64,000 bases of DNA, taken from the NCBI GenBank assembly GCA_045598245.1, contig JAZLLQ010000031.1, positions 5,532 to 69,531 on the forward strand. Reading direction: 5' to 3'. The stretch comes from Candidatus Gastranaerophilales bacterium. Its GTDB lineage: Bacteria; Cyanobacteriota; Vampirovibrionia; Gastranaerophilales; JAILCC01. The notes below the pieces were generated by a model. The model was not told where the DNA came from, did no database searches, and worked only from the letters and a program-made list of their open reading frames with translations. How positions within the stretch are numbered: position 1 is the first letter of the stretch; each line of letters begins with the position of its first letter. Position numbers and translations under genes: made by a program. Below are positions 1 through 9,770 of this stretch, piece after piece.

Positions 1-235
1 TATTGTCAGCATCATACCAACGGGCATTACCTTTATCAATATGCCCATCTTGAACAGCAGCCATAATATCATTCATAGTTTGGAATTGGTCAGTATCAAT
101 ATGGTGTTCAATAATAATTTTTATTAAATTAATTGCCATTTTAATTTGAAAATCATCATCAGAGTTTTTTAAAACTCTCATCATCTTTGATAATAACTCA
201 TCCCTGTCATACCAACGTCTAACTTCATAAGCCAT
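1..235 (-). CDS. hypothetical protein, C-terminus cut by window edge
   Basis: Absent from the ORF track because it runs off the window. Manual minus-strand translation from ATG (235-233) gives MAYEVRRWYDRDELLSKMMRVLKNSDDDFQIKMAINLIKIIIEHHIDTDQFQTMNDIMAAVQDGHIDKGNARWYDADN..., with no stop down to position 1. AAGGAG (251-246) lies 10 nt upstream of the ATG. No family recognised. Confidence 0.45.
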   Translation of the reverse strand, partial: MAYEVRRWYDRDELLSKMMRVLKNSDDDFQIKMAINLIKIIIEHHIDTDQFQTMNDIMAAVQDGHIDKGNARWYDADN

Positions 236-254
236 ACTTTTCATACTCCTTATA

Positions 255-530
255 TTAACTATTTTTATATGTTATTCCCTTACCCGAAACCGGATAGTTC
301 CAATCAATTGCATTATAGGGACATGCAATTCTGCAAGCACCGCACTCAAGACAATTTTCAAAAGTCACTTGTAACTTTTTATTTTCATTATCCCATTCAT
401 AAACCTTTGCAGGACAAATATATTCGCAAATACGATTAGTACAATTAACACAAATACTGTCATCAGGAGCTAAATGCGAAATAATATCAGGTTTATATTT
501 AACTTTTGCAAGTAAATCGTCTAAATTCAT
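255..530 (-). CDS. fixX: FixX-type ferredoxin-like protein (4Fe-4S)
   Basis: 91 aa with Cys clusters CVNCTNRICEYICP and CLECGACRIACP. ATGA 4-nt overlap with the upstream FixC-like flavoprotein gene, which is the classical fixCX arrangement. Confidence 0.8.
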   Translation of the reverse strand: MNLDDLLAKVKYKPDIISHLAPDDSICVNCTNRICEYICPAKVYEWDNENKKLQVTFENCLECGACRIACPYNAIDWNYPVSGKGITYKNS

Positions 531-1831
531 AATACTGCTTCTCCTGCAAGTTTTGCTATTTTTATACCATCAGAAGCAAACTCTAATATATTTCTCTCCG
601 ATAATGTTTTGCCAATAAATGTTTTGTATTTATCTTTTTTAGGAATACTATCAACAGAAGTAAACAAATTCATAAATTCATTAATTTTTCTCGGATAAAA
701 GCCCAAAAATACTTTATTATTTTTTTCCATTGTATCTAAAACATTTTTATAGGTTTTCATATCCTTTAATACAAAACTTTTCTTCAAAAGTTTTTCATAA
801 TCAGATAAGATTTTTGTTGAATAATCACCGGTTTTTACCGCTTTTATTGCAGCCTCAGCCGCTAATTTTCCACTCACCATAGCAAGATTAGTACCTTCCC
901 AATGAACATTGTTAACCAACATAGCAGCATCACCGGTTACCATTAAGCCATCAAAAACAAGTTGAGGAACTGCATTATATCCGCCTTCAGGTATTAAATG
1001 AGCAGAATACTCTTTCACCTCAGCACCCTTGATTAAAGGTTTTATTGAAGGATGCTCTTTTAATTTCTCCAAATATTCATAAGGTGCAGTTTTAGTATGT
1101 TCAAAATCGGATAATGTAATTCCAAGCCCGATGCTGATACTTTCTTTATTTGTGTATATAAAGCCAAGTCCTGTTATTCCGAGCATAGGTCCTCCCATAA
1201 TTGTATAAACAGAACCGTTGTTATCATCCAAATTAAATCTGTCTTGTATTTTTTCCCGCGATAAAGATAAAGTTTGCTTTACGGATATTGCAACATGATG
1301 TTTTTTTATTTCCTTTCGTAAATTATATTTTTTAGCAAGAATAGAATTAACTCCGTCAGCTAAAATTACAATTTTTGCATAGTAATCCTCATTTTCAGTT
1401 TTTATTCCGCAAAATCTGCCATCTTCATAAATCAAATCCGTAACCAATGTTTGAGGAACAATAAATGCACCTGCTTCTTCTGCTTTAGCTGCACACCATC
1501 TGTCCCATTTCGGTCTGAGTACACTGTATGCAGGAAAGGATTTTCCATCACCGGTATTTTCATAGGAAACAATTGTACCGTCTTTTTCTCCGAGTAAAGC
1601 ATAGGTGTGTCTTGTTATGCCACGCTCTAAGGGAGCTTCTCTTTCAAAATCAGGGTATATTTCTGATGTTGGTTGCGTATAAATAGCACCTCCAAACATG
1701 TTTTTTGAACCGCAGAAATCACCACGTTCAATAAGAACCGTCTTTATCCCGTCCTTAGCAGCTGTAATTGCAGCCGCCATGCCAGCAGGACCTCCGCCTA
1801 CTATTAACAAGTCTGTATCAAATGATTTCAA
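527..1831 (-). CDS. fixC: FixC-like FAD-dependent oxidoreductase (ETF-quinone oxidoreductase family)
   Basis: The track ORF is 527..1888 with a TTG start. It has the N-terminal FAD Rossmann motif DLLIVGGGPAGMAAA, the later VTGDAAM motif, and a size typical of FixC. I prefer the internal TTG at 1831 (MKSFDTDLLIVGGG...) because AGGTGA lies 4 nt upstream. The start is uncertain and the stop is firm. Confidence 0.8.
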   Translation of the reverse strand: MKSFDTDLLIVGGGPAGMAAAITAAKDGIKTVLIERGDFCGSKNMFGGAIYTQPTSEIYPDFEREAPLERGITRHTYALLGEKDGTIVSYENTGDGKSFPAYSVLRPKWDRWCAAKAEEAGAFIVPQTLVTDLIYEDGRFCGIKTENEDYYAKIVILADGVNSILAKKYNLRKEIKKHHVAISVKQTLSLSREKIQDRFNLDDNNGSVYTIMGGPMLGITGLGFIYTNKESISIGLGITLSDFEHTKTAPYEYLEKLKEHPSIKPLIKGAEVKEYSAHLIPEGGYNAVPQLVFDGLMVTGDAAMLVNNVHWEGTNLAMVSGKLAAEAAIKAVKTGDYSTKILSDYEKLLKKSFVLKDMKTYKNVLDTMEKNNKVFLGFYPRKINEFMNLFTSVDSIPKKDKYKTFIGKTLSERNILEFASDGIKIAKLAGEAVL

Positions 1832-1903
1832 TATTTCACCTATTACACTCTCTTTGGTAATTATACAATATAGAGCTGATACAAGCAAATAATATACAAA
1901 ACA

Positions 1904-3538
1904 TTATATTGTTCCGTTCATTTTAGTCTTGGATTCATTCACAATATAGTTGATTTTATGAATATTAAATTTTTTTGAAAAATTATTAATTATCGAGTCA
2001 GTTAAATAATTAGGTAATTCGGATGTAATCTGAATATCCTTTATTCCCAAAGACATCAATACCAATAAAGAAGCAACAGAATCGGGAGTTCTTAAATTAA
2101 CGGTAAATTTTATTGGCATATCATTAACATCTTTCCTGAATTTTCCTGAAACAGAATAAATCAAACGAATAAGAGAATATAAATTTATAAATTGTGCAAA
2201 ATTTAATATAAAAGGAATTTTTTTATTTTTAATTTCAAAAGGGAAAAGCAAAGAATCTAATATTATAACAGCTGATGCGGATGGTAAATTATTTATTGTT
2301 TTTTTCATATAAGCATTGTTAACTTCAAAGTTATTACAGCCTATGAATATTTCAATATTTTGAACAGTATTTTCGCTCAACAAAGAATAAAGTTCTTGTG
2401 CTTTATTTTCAAGTTCATTTATGCCAAAACCAAGTTCTATATAACAGTTTTCTTTGTCTGAAACAAAACCGGGTGCATCATAAGCAGCATTAATCAGAGG
2501 TTTTAAATTATCCTTCTCTATCTTAGTTATACCTAGCATAGAAATATCTTCAGTTGAAAAAATTCTGCCTCTAAAAATTTCTCGTAGCTCCTCAAGATTA
2601 CCTGCTGTCAAAACAACCACTCCCGGGAAATTTTCAATATCTGAAGAAAAATTATTGTATTTTCCTAAATATATGCCTGCAAGATTTTTGTATTTATTTA
2701 TTTCAGGAAAAACGTGAGCATAATTTAATACACCGTAAGTATAAATATTAATATCTTTACTTTCTGTTTCTTTAAGCAAATTCTTCAAAAAACTGAAATC
2801 TTCACCCGTAACCAGAATTGCACTACCTTTCTTAAAACTTGTCGTCACCTTCTTTTTTTCAACAAACCCGTATTTTTTTTCAAAAGTCGATATTAAGAGT
2901 TCTAAAATTTGAGTTTGAAATTCACCTGCTTTCAAAACAGTATTTTTACAATCCGCTAACGAAATATTTTCATTTCCCAAAACTTCTAAAATTTCATAGC
3001 ATGATTTATAAATACTTTCGGGAATATTATCATTATTTCTTATATGTTCTAAATAGTTTGCTGAAGAAGTAAGAGAAAATCTTATAATTTCCTTCAATGA
3101 ATAAACGTTAAAATTAAAATTTTTAATAGTTCTTTTTATATTTATTATATTCGCCTGAGAAACAAGTTGTGCCAGGCTGTCTCCGGGTCTTAGTGCAGCA
3201 GATAGCGGAAATTTTTTAATTCTTTTTGCACTATTTTTGCATAAAAACCTATATAAATTTTCAAGCCTTAATTTTAAGTTATAAACCTCATCTATTGCGG
3301 ATACCATAGCATTTATACTAAAATTAATACCTTTATTTGTTAAATATAAAAAACGGGACAATTTGCTGTTGAGTTCATTATCCTTTTTTTTAAAAGATAA
3401 AATACTTACTGCAAGAAATGCAATACCAGTTAACTGATAAAACAACAAGTCCTGCAGAGCAGTAACTGCCGGATTTTTAAATGTACTGCTCTTTGATGAA
3501 CATTTATATCCGTTAAGCGAAGAACAAGCCTTTTCCAT
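1904..3538 (-). CDS. hybrid-cluster protein (Hcp/prismane) homolog with degenerate metal-ligand positions
   Basis: 544 aa. Blocks align by eye to Hcp as recalled from memory: LQDLLFYQLTGIA (Hcp LQDLL..AL.GLS), ILVTGEDFSFLKNLLKETESKDINIYTYGVLNYAHVFPEINKYKNLAGIY...FPGVVVLTAGN (Hcp ILISGHDLKDL..LLEQTEG.G.NVYTHGEMLPAHGYPEL.K.KHLVGNYG...FPG.I.MTSNC), and LVLMSLGIKDIQITSELPNYLTDSIINNFSKKFNI (Hcp LTLLSLGVKNI..GP..P.FLTP.LL..L.EKFGL). Conserved His, Glu and Cys ligands are replaced. Confidence 0.7.
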   Translation of the reverse strand: MEKACSSLNGYKCSSKSSTFKNPAVTALQDLLFYQLTGIAFLAVSILSFKKKDNELNSKLSRFLYLTNKGINFSINAMVSAIDEVYNLKLRLENLYRFLCKNSAKRIKKFPLSAALRPGDSLAQLVSQANIINIKRTIKNFNFNVYSLKEIIRFSLTSSANYLEHIRNNDNIPESIYKSCYEILEVLGNENISLADCKNTVLKAGEFQTQILELLISTFEKKYGFVEKKKVTTSFKKGSAILVTGEDFSFLKNLLKETESKDINIYTYGVLNYAHVFPEINKYKNLAGIYLGKYNNFSSDIENFPGVVVLTAGNLEELREIFRGRIFSTEDISMLGITKIEKDNLKPLINAAYDAPGFVSDKENCYIELGFGINELENKAQELYSLLSENTVQNIEIFIGCNNFEVNNAYMKKTINNLPSASAVIILDSLLFPFEIKNKKIPFILNFAQFINLYSLIRLIYSVSGKFRKDVNDMPIKFTVNLRTPDSVASLLVLMSLGIKDIQITSELPNYLTDSIINNFSKKFNIHKINYIVNESKTKMNGTI

Positions 3539-3586
3539 AAAAATTTCCTCCCTAAATCAAAGTTTAAACTTAGAGAGGAAATTTTT
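3539..3586 (-). promoter_or_regulatory. long stem-loop between ilvD stop and Hcp-like start that sequesters the downstream SD; also a possible ilvD terminator
   Basis: Arms AAAAATTTCCTCCCTAA (3539-3555) and TTAGAGAGGAAATTTTT (3570-3586) are reverse complements with one mismatch (17 bp) and a 14-nt loop. On the minus strand the 3' arm is TTAGGGAGGAAATTTTT, directly followed by the ATG at 3538, so the GGGAGG Shine-Dalgarno lies inside the stem. Confidence 0.55.
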
Positions 3587-3621
3587 TATCCTACATACAT
3601 ATAGCCCAATTGAATAATAAT

Positions 3622-5286
3622 TTATTCTATTGCAGCTCTTGCTCCTTTATCTGCACCTAAAACTGATTTTGCATACTTTCCTAAGTATCCTTTTCTGATT
3701 TTAGGTTCAGGTTGAACAAAATCTTTTTCTCTTCTGTCCAACTCATCTTGCGATACAAGTAATTCTAATTTTCTTTCAGGAATATTTATTGAAATTTTAT
3801 CACCGTTTTTAATAAGTTTAATTATTCCACCCATAGCAGCTTCAGGGCAAATATGACCTATGCACAAACCTCTTGTCCCACCTGAAAACCTGCCATCAGT
3901 AATCAGGGCAACATCTTTTCCTAAACCTCTGCCAACTATAGCAGACGTAGGAGCAAGCATTTCCCTCATTCCGGGTCCGCCTTTTGGTCCTTCATACCGT
4001 ATAACAAGTACATCACCTTTTTTAACTTCATCATTATTGATAGCAGCCATACATTCTTCTTCACTGTCAAAAGTTTTTGCACAACCTTCAAATGTCAAAG
4101 CCTCTTTATCAACACCGGAAATTTTCACGACAGCACCTTTAGGAGCGAGATTACCATACAAAACGCCAAGTCCCGGATTAGATGTTACAGGATTAGACAA
4201 TGGTCTGATAACCTCATCGTCAACCCAAACATTTTGAACACGCTCAGAAATCTTTTCACCATTAACATTTGCAGTATCTGTTAACTCTGAAATACTACCG
4301 TATAATTGTTTTAATGCACCTTTGACACCGCCGGCTCTGTCAAAATCACTCATAGTCATATCACTTGACGGATCGAGTTTAATAATTTGAGGTATTTTAT
4401 GGCTCAATTCACCAAAATCATCCAAAGATAAATCAATACCGGCTTCACTGGCAATAGCAAGAAGATGCAAAATTGAGTTTGTAGAACCGCCTAAAGCTAA
4501 ATCAGTAATTATAGCATTTCTGATACTTTCTTTTGTAATAATATCAGACGGTTTTATATCACGCTTAATAAGTTCATTAATCAAAACACCGCTTTCAAAA
4601 GCAATTCTACGTTTTTTTGCACTTACTGCAGCACTTGCGGCACAATCTGTAAGACTTAAACCCATAACTTCACTCAAACATGCCATTGTATTAGCCGTAT
4701 ATAATCCTTGGCAAGCTCCGGCACCGGGACAAGCCTCTAACTCCATATCTTGCAGTTTATCTAATGTAATTTCACCTGTCCTGTATTTTCCTGTTGCCTC
4801 AAAAGTTCCTTTAACCATTGTTAATCGCTGATTTTGGCAAAAACCGTCCATCATGGGACCGGCTGTAACCAATACACATGGGATATCCAAACGTAAAGCT
4901 GCCATAATCATACCCGGAGTAATTTTATCACAATTTGAAAGCAGAACCAAACCGTCAAGCTGGTGAGCCTGTGCAACACTTTCGACACAGTCAGCGATTA
5001 AATCTCTTGACGGCAGAGAGTAACTCATACCGCAATGCCCCATAGCAATACCATCACAAACAGCAGGAACACCAAAAATAAATGACTGACCACCACCTGT
5101 GTGAATACCTTTTTCTATTTGACGCTCTAAATCTCTCATTCCGATATGTCCGGGAACTAAATCAGAAAAACTACTTGCAATACCGATAAAAGGTGCATTA
5201 AATTGTTTTTGCGAAACGCCTGTTGCCATAAGCAAAGAACGATGAGCAGACCTGTCCAATCCTTGCTTTACTTCATCACTTCTCAT
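3622..5286 (-). CDS. ilvD: dihydroxy-acid dehydratase
   Basis: 554 aa. Hallmark IlvD/Edd blocks: [39 protein letters not shown]. Confidence 0.95.
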   Translation of the reverse strand: MRSDEVKQGLDRSAHRSLLMATGVSQKQFNAPFIGIASSFSDLVPGHIGMRDLERQIEKGIHTGGGQSFIFGVPAVCDGIAMGHCGMSYSLPSRDLIADCVESVAQAHQLDGLVLLSNCDKITPGMIMAALRLDIPCVLVTAGPMMDGFCQNQRLTMVKGTFEATGKYRTGEITLDKLQDMELEACPGAGACQGLYTANTMACLSEVMGLSLTDCAASAAVSAKKRRIAFESGVLINELIKRDIKPSDIITKESIRNAIITDLALGGSTNSILHLLAIASEAGIDLSLDDFGELSHKIPQIIKLDPSSDMTMSDFDRAGGVKGALKQLYGSISELTDTANVNGEKISERVQNVWVDDEVIRPLSNPVTSNPGLGVLYGNLAPKGAVVKISGVDKEALTFEGCAKTFDSEEECMAAINNDEVKKGDVLVIRYEGPKGGPGMREMLAPTSAIVGRGLGKDVALITDGRFSGGTRGLCIGHICPEAAMGGIIKLIKNGDKISINIPERKLELLVSQDELDRREKDFVQPEPKIRKGYLGKYAKSVLGADKGARAAIE

Positions 5287-5325
5287 AATAATTATTACCT
5301 CTTTTCTGAATTTTTATGTGTATAT

Positions 5326-6126
5326 TTATTTACTTGCCAAAGTTGCAGCTCTGTTTGTTGTTGCTACCATAGTTTGAGCCAAGATATCTTCAGCATTATG
5401 CTCTTGCATATACTTTAACCCTTCATAAGTACATCCGTTAGGAGTAGTAACTTCTCTTATAAGTGTCTGCGGGTCTTTGCCGCTGTCTAAAAGCATTCTT
5501 GCAGCACCTAACATAGTTTGTGCAGACATTAATATTGATACATTTTTATCCAACCCGATTTGCTCACATCCTTTTGCAAATGCACTTGCAACTGCGTAAA
5601 AAAATGCAGGACCGCTGCCTGCTAAAGCAGTTGATAAATCCATAAATTTTTCATCAATAATACTTGCTGAACCAATTTTAGAAAAAATATCTTTTACGAA
5701 ATTCACATCATCATCTGAAGCATTATTGCCTTTAGAAATCGTAGAAGTCGCAGCGTTCAATGCAGCCGGTGTATTTGTCAAAACACGAATAAATCTGCAC
5801 GAATCAGAAATATTTTTCATCATATCTAAAGTGTAACCAGCAGCAAGAGATATGACCAATTTATCAGATGTTAAAACATTCTTTATTTCAGACAAAATTT
5901 CTGTCATCAAATACGGCTTGACTGCAATAAATATAACATCAACACTTTTAACCAAATCAATATTTGAATTTACAACATTAGCAGCATAATTATCTTTAAA
6001 ATTTTTAGCTAAAACCTCGTTAGGCTCAGATATAAAAGCATTTTCCGAAGTAAGAAACTTTGCATTAAATAGCCCTTTTACAACACTACCTCCGAGATTA
6101 CCGATTCCTATAAAACCAAATTTCAT
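5326..6126 (-). CDS. proC: pyrroline-5-carboxylate reductase
   Basis: The track ORF extends to 6159. The ATG at 6126 (MKFGFIGIGNLGG, NAD(P) Rossmann start) is preceded by AAGGAGGC. C-terminal P5CR block VTTPNGCTYEGL. Confidence 0.9.
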   Translation of the reverse strand: MKFGFIGIGNLGGSVVKGLFNAKFLTSENAFISEPNEVLAKNFKDNYAANVVNSNIDLVKSVDVIFIAVKPYLMTEILSEIKNVLTSDKLVISLAAGYTLDMMKNISDSCRFIRVLTNTPAALNAATSTISKGNNASDDDVNFVKDIFSKIGSASIIDEKFMDLSTALAGSGPAFFYAVASAFAKGCEQIGLDKNVSILMSAQTMLGAARMLLDSGKDPQTLIREVTTPNGCTYEGLKYMQEHNAEDILAQTMVATTNRAATLASK

Positions 6127-6142
6127 TTTTGCCTCCTTACAA

Positions 6143-7162
6143 CTATTCATAATTTTCAATATTTATATTTTCTGCCGAAAATATACGTTCTATATTTAAT
6201 ATGTTAATCATTTTTCCGCTGAGATAAGGCAAATCACCTATAATAAAACTATTCTCTGGATTAACTTCGGGATTAATATTTGAAATAGGTAAAGTTGTAA
6301 CATCTATAATATCATCAATAAGCATTGCTAATTTCAAATCATTAACCTTCAAAATAACAATATCAAATTTCTTTTTACGCCCGGCTTGAGGGATATGCAA
6401 AAAAGGTTTTATATCCAACAAACTTATATAATCACCTCTAAAATTTATAATTCCCTGCATAAAATCAGGCACTCCGGGAATACGGGTTATCGCGGTATCC
6501 GAGACTTTTCGTATTTCTTTTATATAAGTTATATTAAACGAATAGATTTCATCCCCCAACTTGAATATTATGAACTTTTCATTCATAAATAAATTTTCTT
6601 GCAAAAGGAAGTTTGCATTTTTGCCCAATAAAGCAACTCTATTACGGACTTTCTCCACTGACTCAGCATCTGTAGGCATTAAATCATTTGATGAAAGTTT
6701 ATTTACATTTTTGGCAATTTTTGTATATTCAAAGAAAATTTGTGTATCAATCACAAGAACCGTTTTATTATTTATCGCAGTCGCTTTCAAAAAACTAAGA
6801 TTACTGCTCGGTAATGCGGAAATACTTTCAGCATTAATATCAATAATATCTCCTACATCATCAATAATAATAGCAAAAGTATCATCCTGCGTTTTTAATA
6901 CTAAAAACTTTTGATGAACAGACAACGGCAAAATTTCTTTTCCTAAAAAACCTCTTACGTCAAAAACAGGAATAGTGACACCTCTCAAATTAACAAGCCC
7001 TGTTATGTTATTATCTAAAGAATCAATAGTGAACATTTCCACAAGAGGAATGATTTCTTTAACAAATTCGACTTTAAAGGCATATGTAACACCTGAAATA
7101 TCTGTCAACAAATATTTTTGTAAAAAATTATCATCATTTTGATTTTTTATAAGAGAGAACAT
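6143..7162 (-). CDS. cheW: tandem CheW-CheW coupling protein
   Basis: 339 aa with two CheW-like modules: ...YAFKVEFVKEIIPL...ITGLVNLRGVTIPVFDVRGFLG... and ...EIYSFNITYIKEIRKV...MQGIINFRGDYISLLDIKPFL... Confidence 0.85.
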   Translation of the reverse strand: MFSLIKNQNDDNFLQKYLLTDISGVTYAFKVEFVKEIIPLVEMFTIDSLDNNITGLVNLRGVTIPVFDVRGFLGKEILPLSVHQKFLVLKTQDDTFAIIIDDVGDIIDINAESISALPSSNLSFLKATAINNKTVLVIDTQIFFEYTKIAKNVNKLSSNDLMPTDAESVEKVRNRVALLGKNANFLLQENLFMNEKFIIFKLGDEIYSFNITYIKEIRKVSDTAITRIPGVPDFMQGIINFRGDYISLLDIKPFLHIPQAGRKKKFDIVILKVNDLKLAMLIDDIIDVTTLPISNINPEVNPENSFIIGDLPYLSGKMINILNIERIFSAENINIENYE

Positions 7163-7164
7163 TT

Positions 7165-8637
7165 CTATTTCCTCATCAAAGCAAGCTCGATACGATTTTT
7201 ACCTTTTTGTTTCGCTTCATAAAGTGCGTCATCTGCCTCCTTAACAAAAGCATCAGTAGAAACAAAATTAAAATTATTCTGTGCAATCCCAATACTCACA
7301 GTAACATTCACCCTTTTGAAATCCTGCATAAACATGTGATCCGCAATTTTACATCTTAATCTTTCAATGGGAATAATAGACTGGGCAATAGATGTTTCAG
7401 GTAAAATTGCTATCAGCTCTTCACCGCCATATCTTGCAACATAATCAGTTTTTCGCAATGAATCCTTGAATATTTCAGAAACAACCTGTAAGACTTCATC
7501 ACCAAATTGGTGTCCATAAGTATCATTAAGTTTTTTAAAATTATCAATATCAATCATAGCCAAAGCAAGCGGCGAAGAATACCTGTTTGAACGCAAAAAT
7601 TCTTTTTCCAAAACCTGTTGAAAATACCTTCGGTTATACAATTCCGTTAACGGATCAATTATTGAGAGAAGTTTGGTTTCCGAATACAACCATTTTGTTT
7701 TAAACAGCATTTTCAACTCTTTTGATATAATATCAATAATTGACTTGTTTGTATATTTATTGGGAGAAATGTGATAGAGTACCAAAACCCCCAAAAGTTT
7801 ATTTTCATACTCAATAGGAACAATCAACTCTGATTTGTATTCGTCAATTGAATTAACTTCTTTCCAGTAATATTGGTCATTTGAATCACTTTCTATAATT
7901 TTATGAGTTAACTTAAAATTTGCATATGCCTCAACATTAGAAGAAATTATCTTGGCAACGGCTCTGTCTCTGACAGCAGCAATAACAGAATCATCAGCAT
8001 CTGCATCATTTTGAATAAACTGCAAAACTTTTTCCTGTTTATCACTCTCGTAATAAAAGACTCCCATCAAATTGTAATCCAAAATAGCTGTAAGTAACCC
8101 AAATAGTTTTCTTGAAAACAATCTGTCATCCAAAATAAATTCGGACAAATCTCTAAATTCGTTTGTCAGAGTGGATTTCACAAGTGACTCATCCAAAATT
8201 TCTGCAACTTTTGAGGTAAAATCATATTGATCAGAAACATTTATTGAAATCTCAGGAACAACATCACCTGTTTTCCGCAATAAATTATCAATTTTGCTAT
8301 ACAATTCCTCGTCAGGAGAATCTTTACAAAAGAAATCATCAGCTCCTGCACGCAACCCCCAAAATTTATCAATTTTTTTATCCAAGACAGTTAAAAGAAT
8401 AACCGGTATATGAGAAGTGATTTTATCCCTTTTTATAAGTCTGCAAAGGTGATAGCCATTTATACTCGGCATAATGACATCGGACAAAACCAAAGCAGGA
8501 TTCTGCTCATATACAATTTTTATAGCTTCCATTCCGTCTTTAGCTTCAATAACTTCAAGCCCATGACGTTCCAACTTTAATTTTAAAGTCAGGCGTTGCG
8601 TCATACTATCATCAACTATAAGAATTTTTTTTGTCAT
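7165..8637 (-). CDS. response regulator-GAF-like-GGDEF diguanylate cyclase (WspR-like)
   Basis: N-terminal REC (ILIVDDSMTQ...LVLSDVIMPSINGY, with the conserved K in FFCKD). Central GAF-like segment (LIVPIEYENKLLGVLVLY). C-terminal GGDEF domain with active site RYGGEELIAILP and I-site RKTD five residues upstream. Confidence 0.9.
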   Translation of the reverse strand: MTKKILIVDDSMTQRLTLKLKLERHGLEVIEAKDGMEAIKIVYEQNPALVLSDVIMPSINGYHLCRLIKRDKITSHIPVILLTVLDKKIDKFWGLRAGADDFFCKDSPDEELYSKIDNLLRKTGDVVPEISINVSDQYDFTSKVAEILDESLVKSTLTNEFRDLSEFILDDRLFSRKLFGLLTAILDYNLMGVFYYESDKQEKVLQFIQNDADADDSVIAAVRDRAVAKIISSNVEAYANFKLTHKIIESDSNDQYYWKEVNSIDEYKSELIVPIEYENKLLGVLVLYHISPNKYTNKSIIDIISKELKMLFKTKWLYSETKLLSIIDPLTELYNRRYFQQVLEKEFLRSNRYSSPLALAMIDIDNFKKLNDTYGHQFGDEVLQVVSEIFKDSLRKTDYVARYGGEELIAILPETSIAQSIIPIERLRCKIADHMFMQDFKRVNVTVSIGIAQNNFNFVSTDAFVKEADDALYEAKQKGKNRIELALMRK

Positions 8638-8730
8638 GACTACTTTGTAAACTAATTGTCCTAATAACTTTTTTATTATAAAATAGATTTAGTTTTATTT
8701 CAAAATTAATAAGAAATTGAAGGGGAATAT

Positions 8731-9762
8731 ATGTTTACGAATTTAAGTTTAAAGAAAAAAATCAACATCACTACAATGTTTTTAAAAGTAGCAGCAGGAA
8801 TCATTTTTCTGTTAATTATTCTTAACACACTAAAACCTGATCTGGTATTATCCTTATTAATTGGGGCATTAGCAATAGTATCTTTTATATGTTTGTATAA
8901 ACTTGCCAAAATGCACAAAGAACTGTTTGACAAATATATTTCCGGAGTACTGTCAAACAATTCCTTAATATCATCGGATATACTAACAACCGTCCTCTCT
9001 CAGGGTGAATTTTTAGAAAAGCACAAAAACACCATGTCTGAGATAGCTAACTATGTTGATAAACTAAAAATAGAAGCATATACTACAAAAGAAATCGTAC
9101 AATCCGTTGTTGAAAAATCTCAAAAAACACTTATGGTTACAACAAAAGAAGAAAATTTTGTAAAAGAGAGTCTTGAGAGAATGTATACCATAAGACAAAA
9201 AATTCAAATTATTGCAGAGTTAATTTTGGAACTATCTGAGCAAACACAGCATATTTCAAATAACATCGGAGTCGTAGAAGATATTGCAGAGCAGACCAAC
9301 ATGCTTGCACTAAATGCTGCTGTCGAAGCTGCAAGAGCAGGTGAACATGGTAAAGGTTTTGCAGTTGTTGCAAGTGAAATCAGAAAACTTGCCGATGAAA
9401 GTAAACAGGCAACAAACAAAATCATTGACCTTGTAAGAGAAATTCAAAACGCAACCAATTCAACAGTAATGGCAGCAGAAGAAGGCTCAAAAGAAATTGA
9501 AAACGGTGTAAATTTAACCATCAAAATTACTGAAAACATTGATGAATTAAAGAGCAACATTGATTTAACAGTAGACGAAGTTTACAAAATTCTAAGCGCA
9601 CTAAACAATCAATTTGAAAATGCGGAATATACAGCAGAAACAACTCAAAATATCAGTAAAGAAATGAAAGATAACAACATTCTGATAAAAGAAAAAATCA
9701 AACAGGTACAAGATATACTAAATTCAAACAATACAGCGAAAACAGAAGTATTTGACAATTAG
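8731..9762 (+). CDS. short methyl-accepting chemotaxis protein (two N-terminal TM helices, no periplasmic or HAMP domain evident)
   Basis: Conserved MCP signalling hairpin [38 protein letters not shown]. Two hydrophobic helices in the first ~60 aa are separated by only a few residues. GAAGGGG SD before the ATG. Confidence 0.9.
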   Translation: MFTNLSLKKKINITTMFLKVAAGIIFLLIILNTLKPDLVLSLLIGALAIVSFICLYKLAKMHKELFDKYISGVLSNNSLISSDILTTVLSQGEFLEKHKNTMSEIANYVDKLKIEAYTTKEIVQSVVEKSQKTLMVTTKEENFVKESLERMYTIRQKIQIIAELILELSEQTQHISNNIGVVEDIAEQTNMLALNAAVEAARAGEHGKGFAVVASEIRKLADESKQATNKIIDLVREIQNATNSTVMAAEEGSKEIENGVNLTIKITENIDELKSNIDLTVDEVYKILSALNNQFENAEYTAETTQNISKEMKDNNILIKEKIKQVQDILNSNNTAKTEVFDN

Positions 9763-9770
9763 GATACGAA

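Noticed and set aside
3860-4237. 125-aa plus-strand ORF antisense to ilvD, and similar antisense ORFs (6561..6914, 8706..8960, 9698..10030, 10361..10762, 11849..12274, 54157..54504, 61179..62078).
   Set aside because: All are nested in strongly supported genes on the opposite strand, have biased low-complexity translations and have no SD. They are shadow ORFs.
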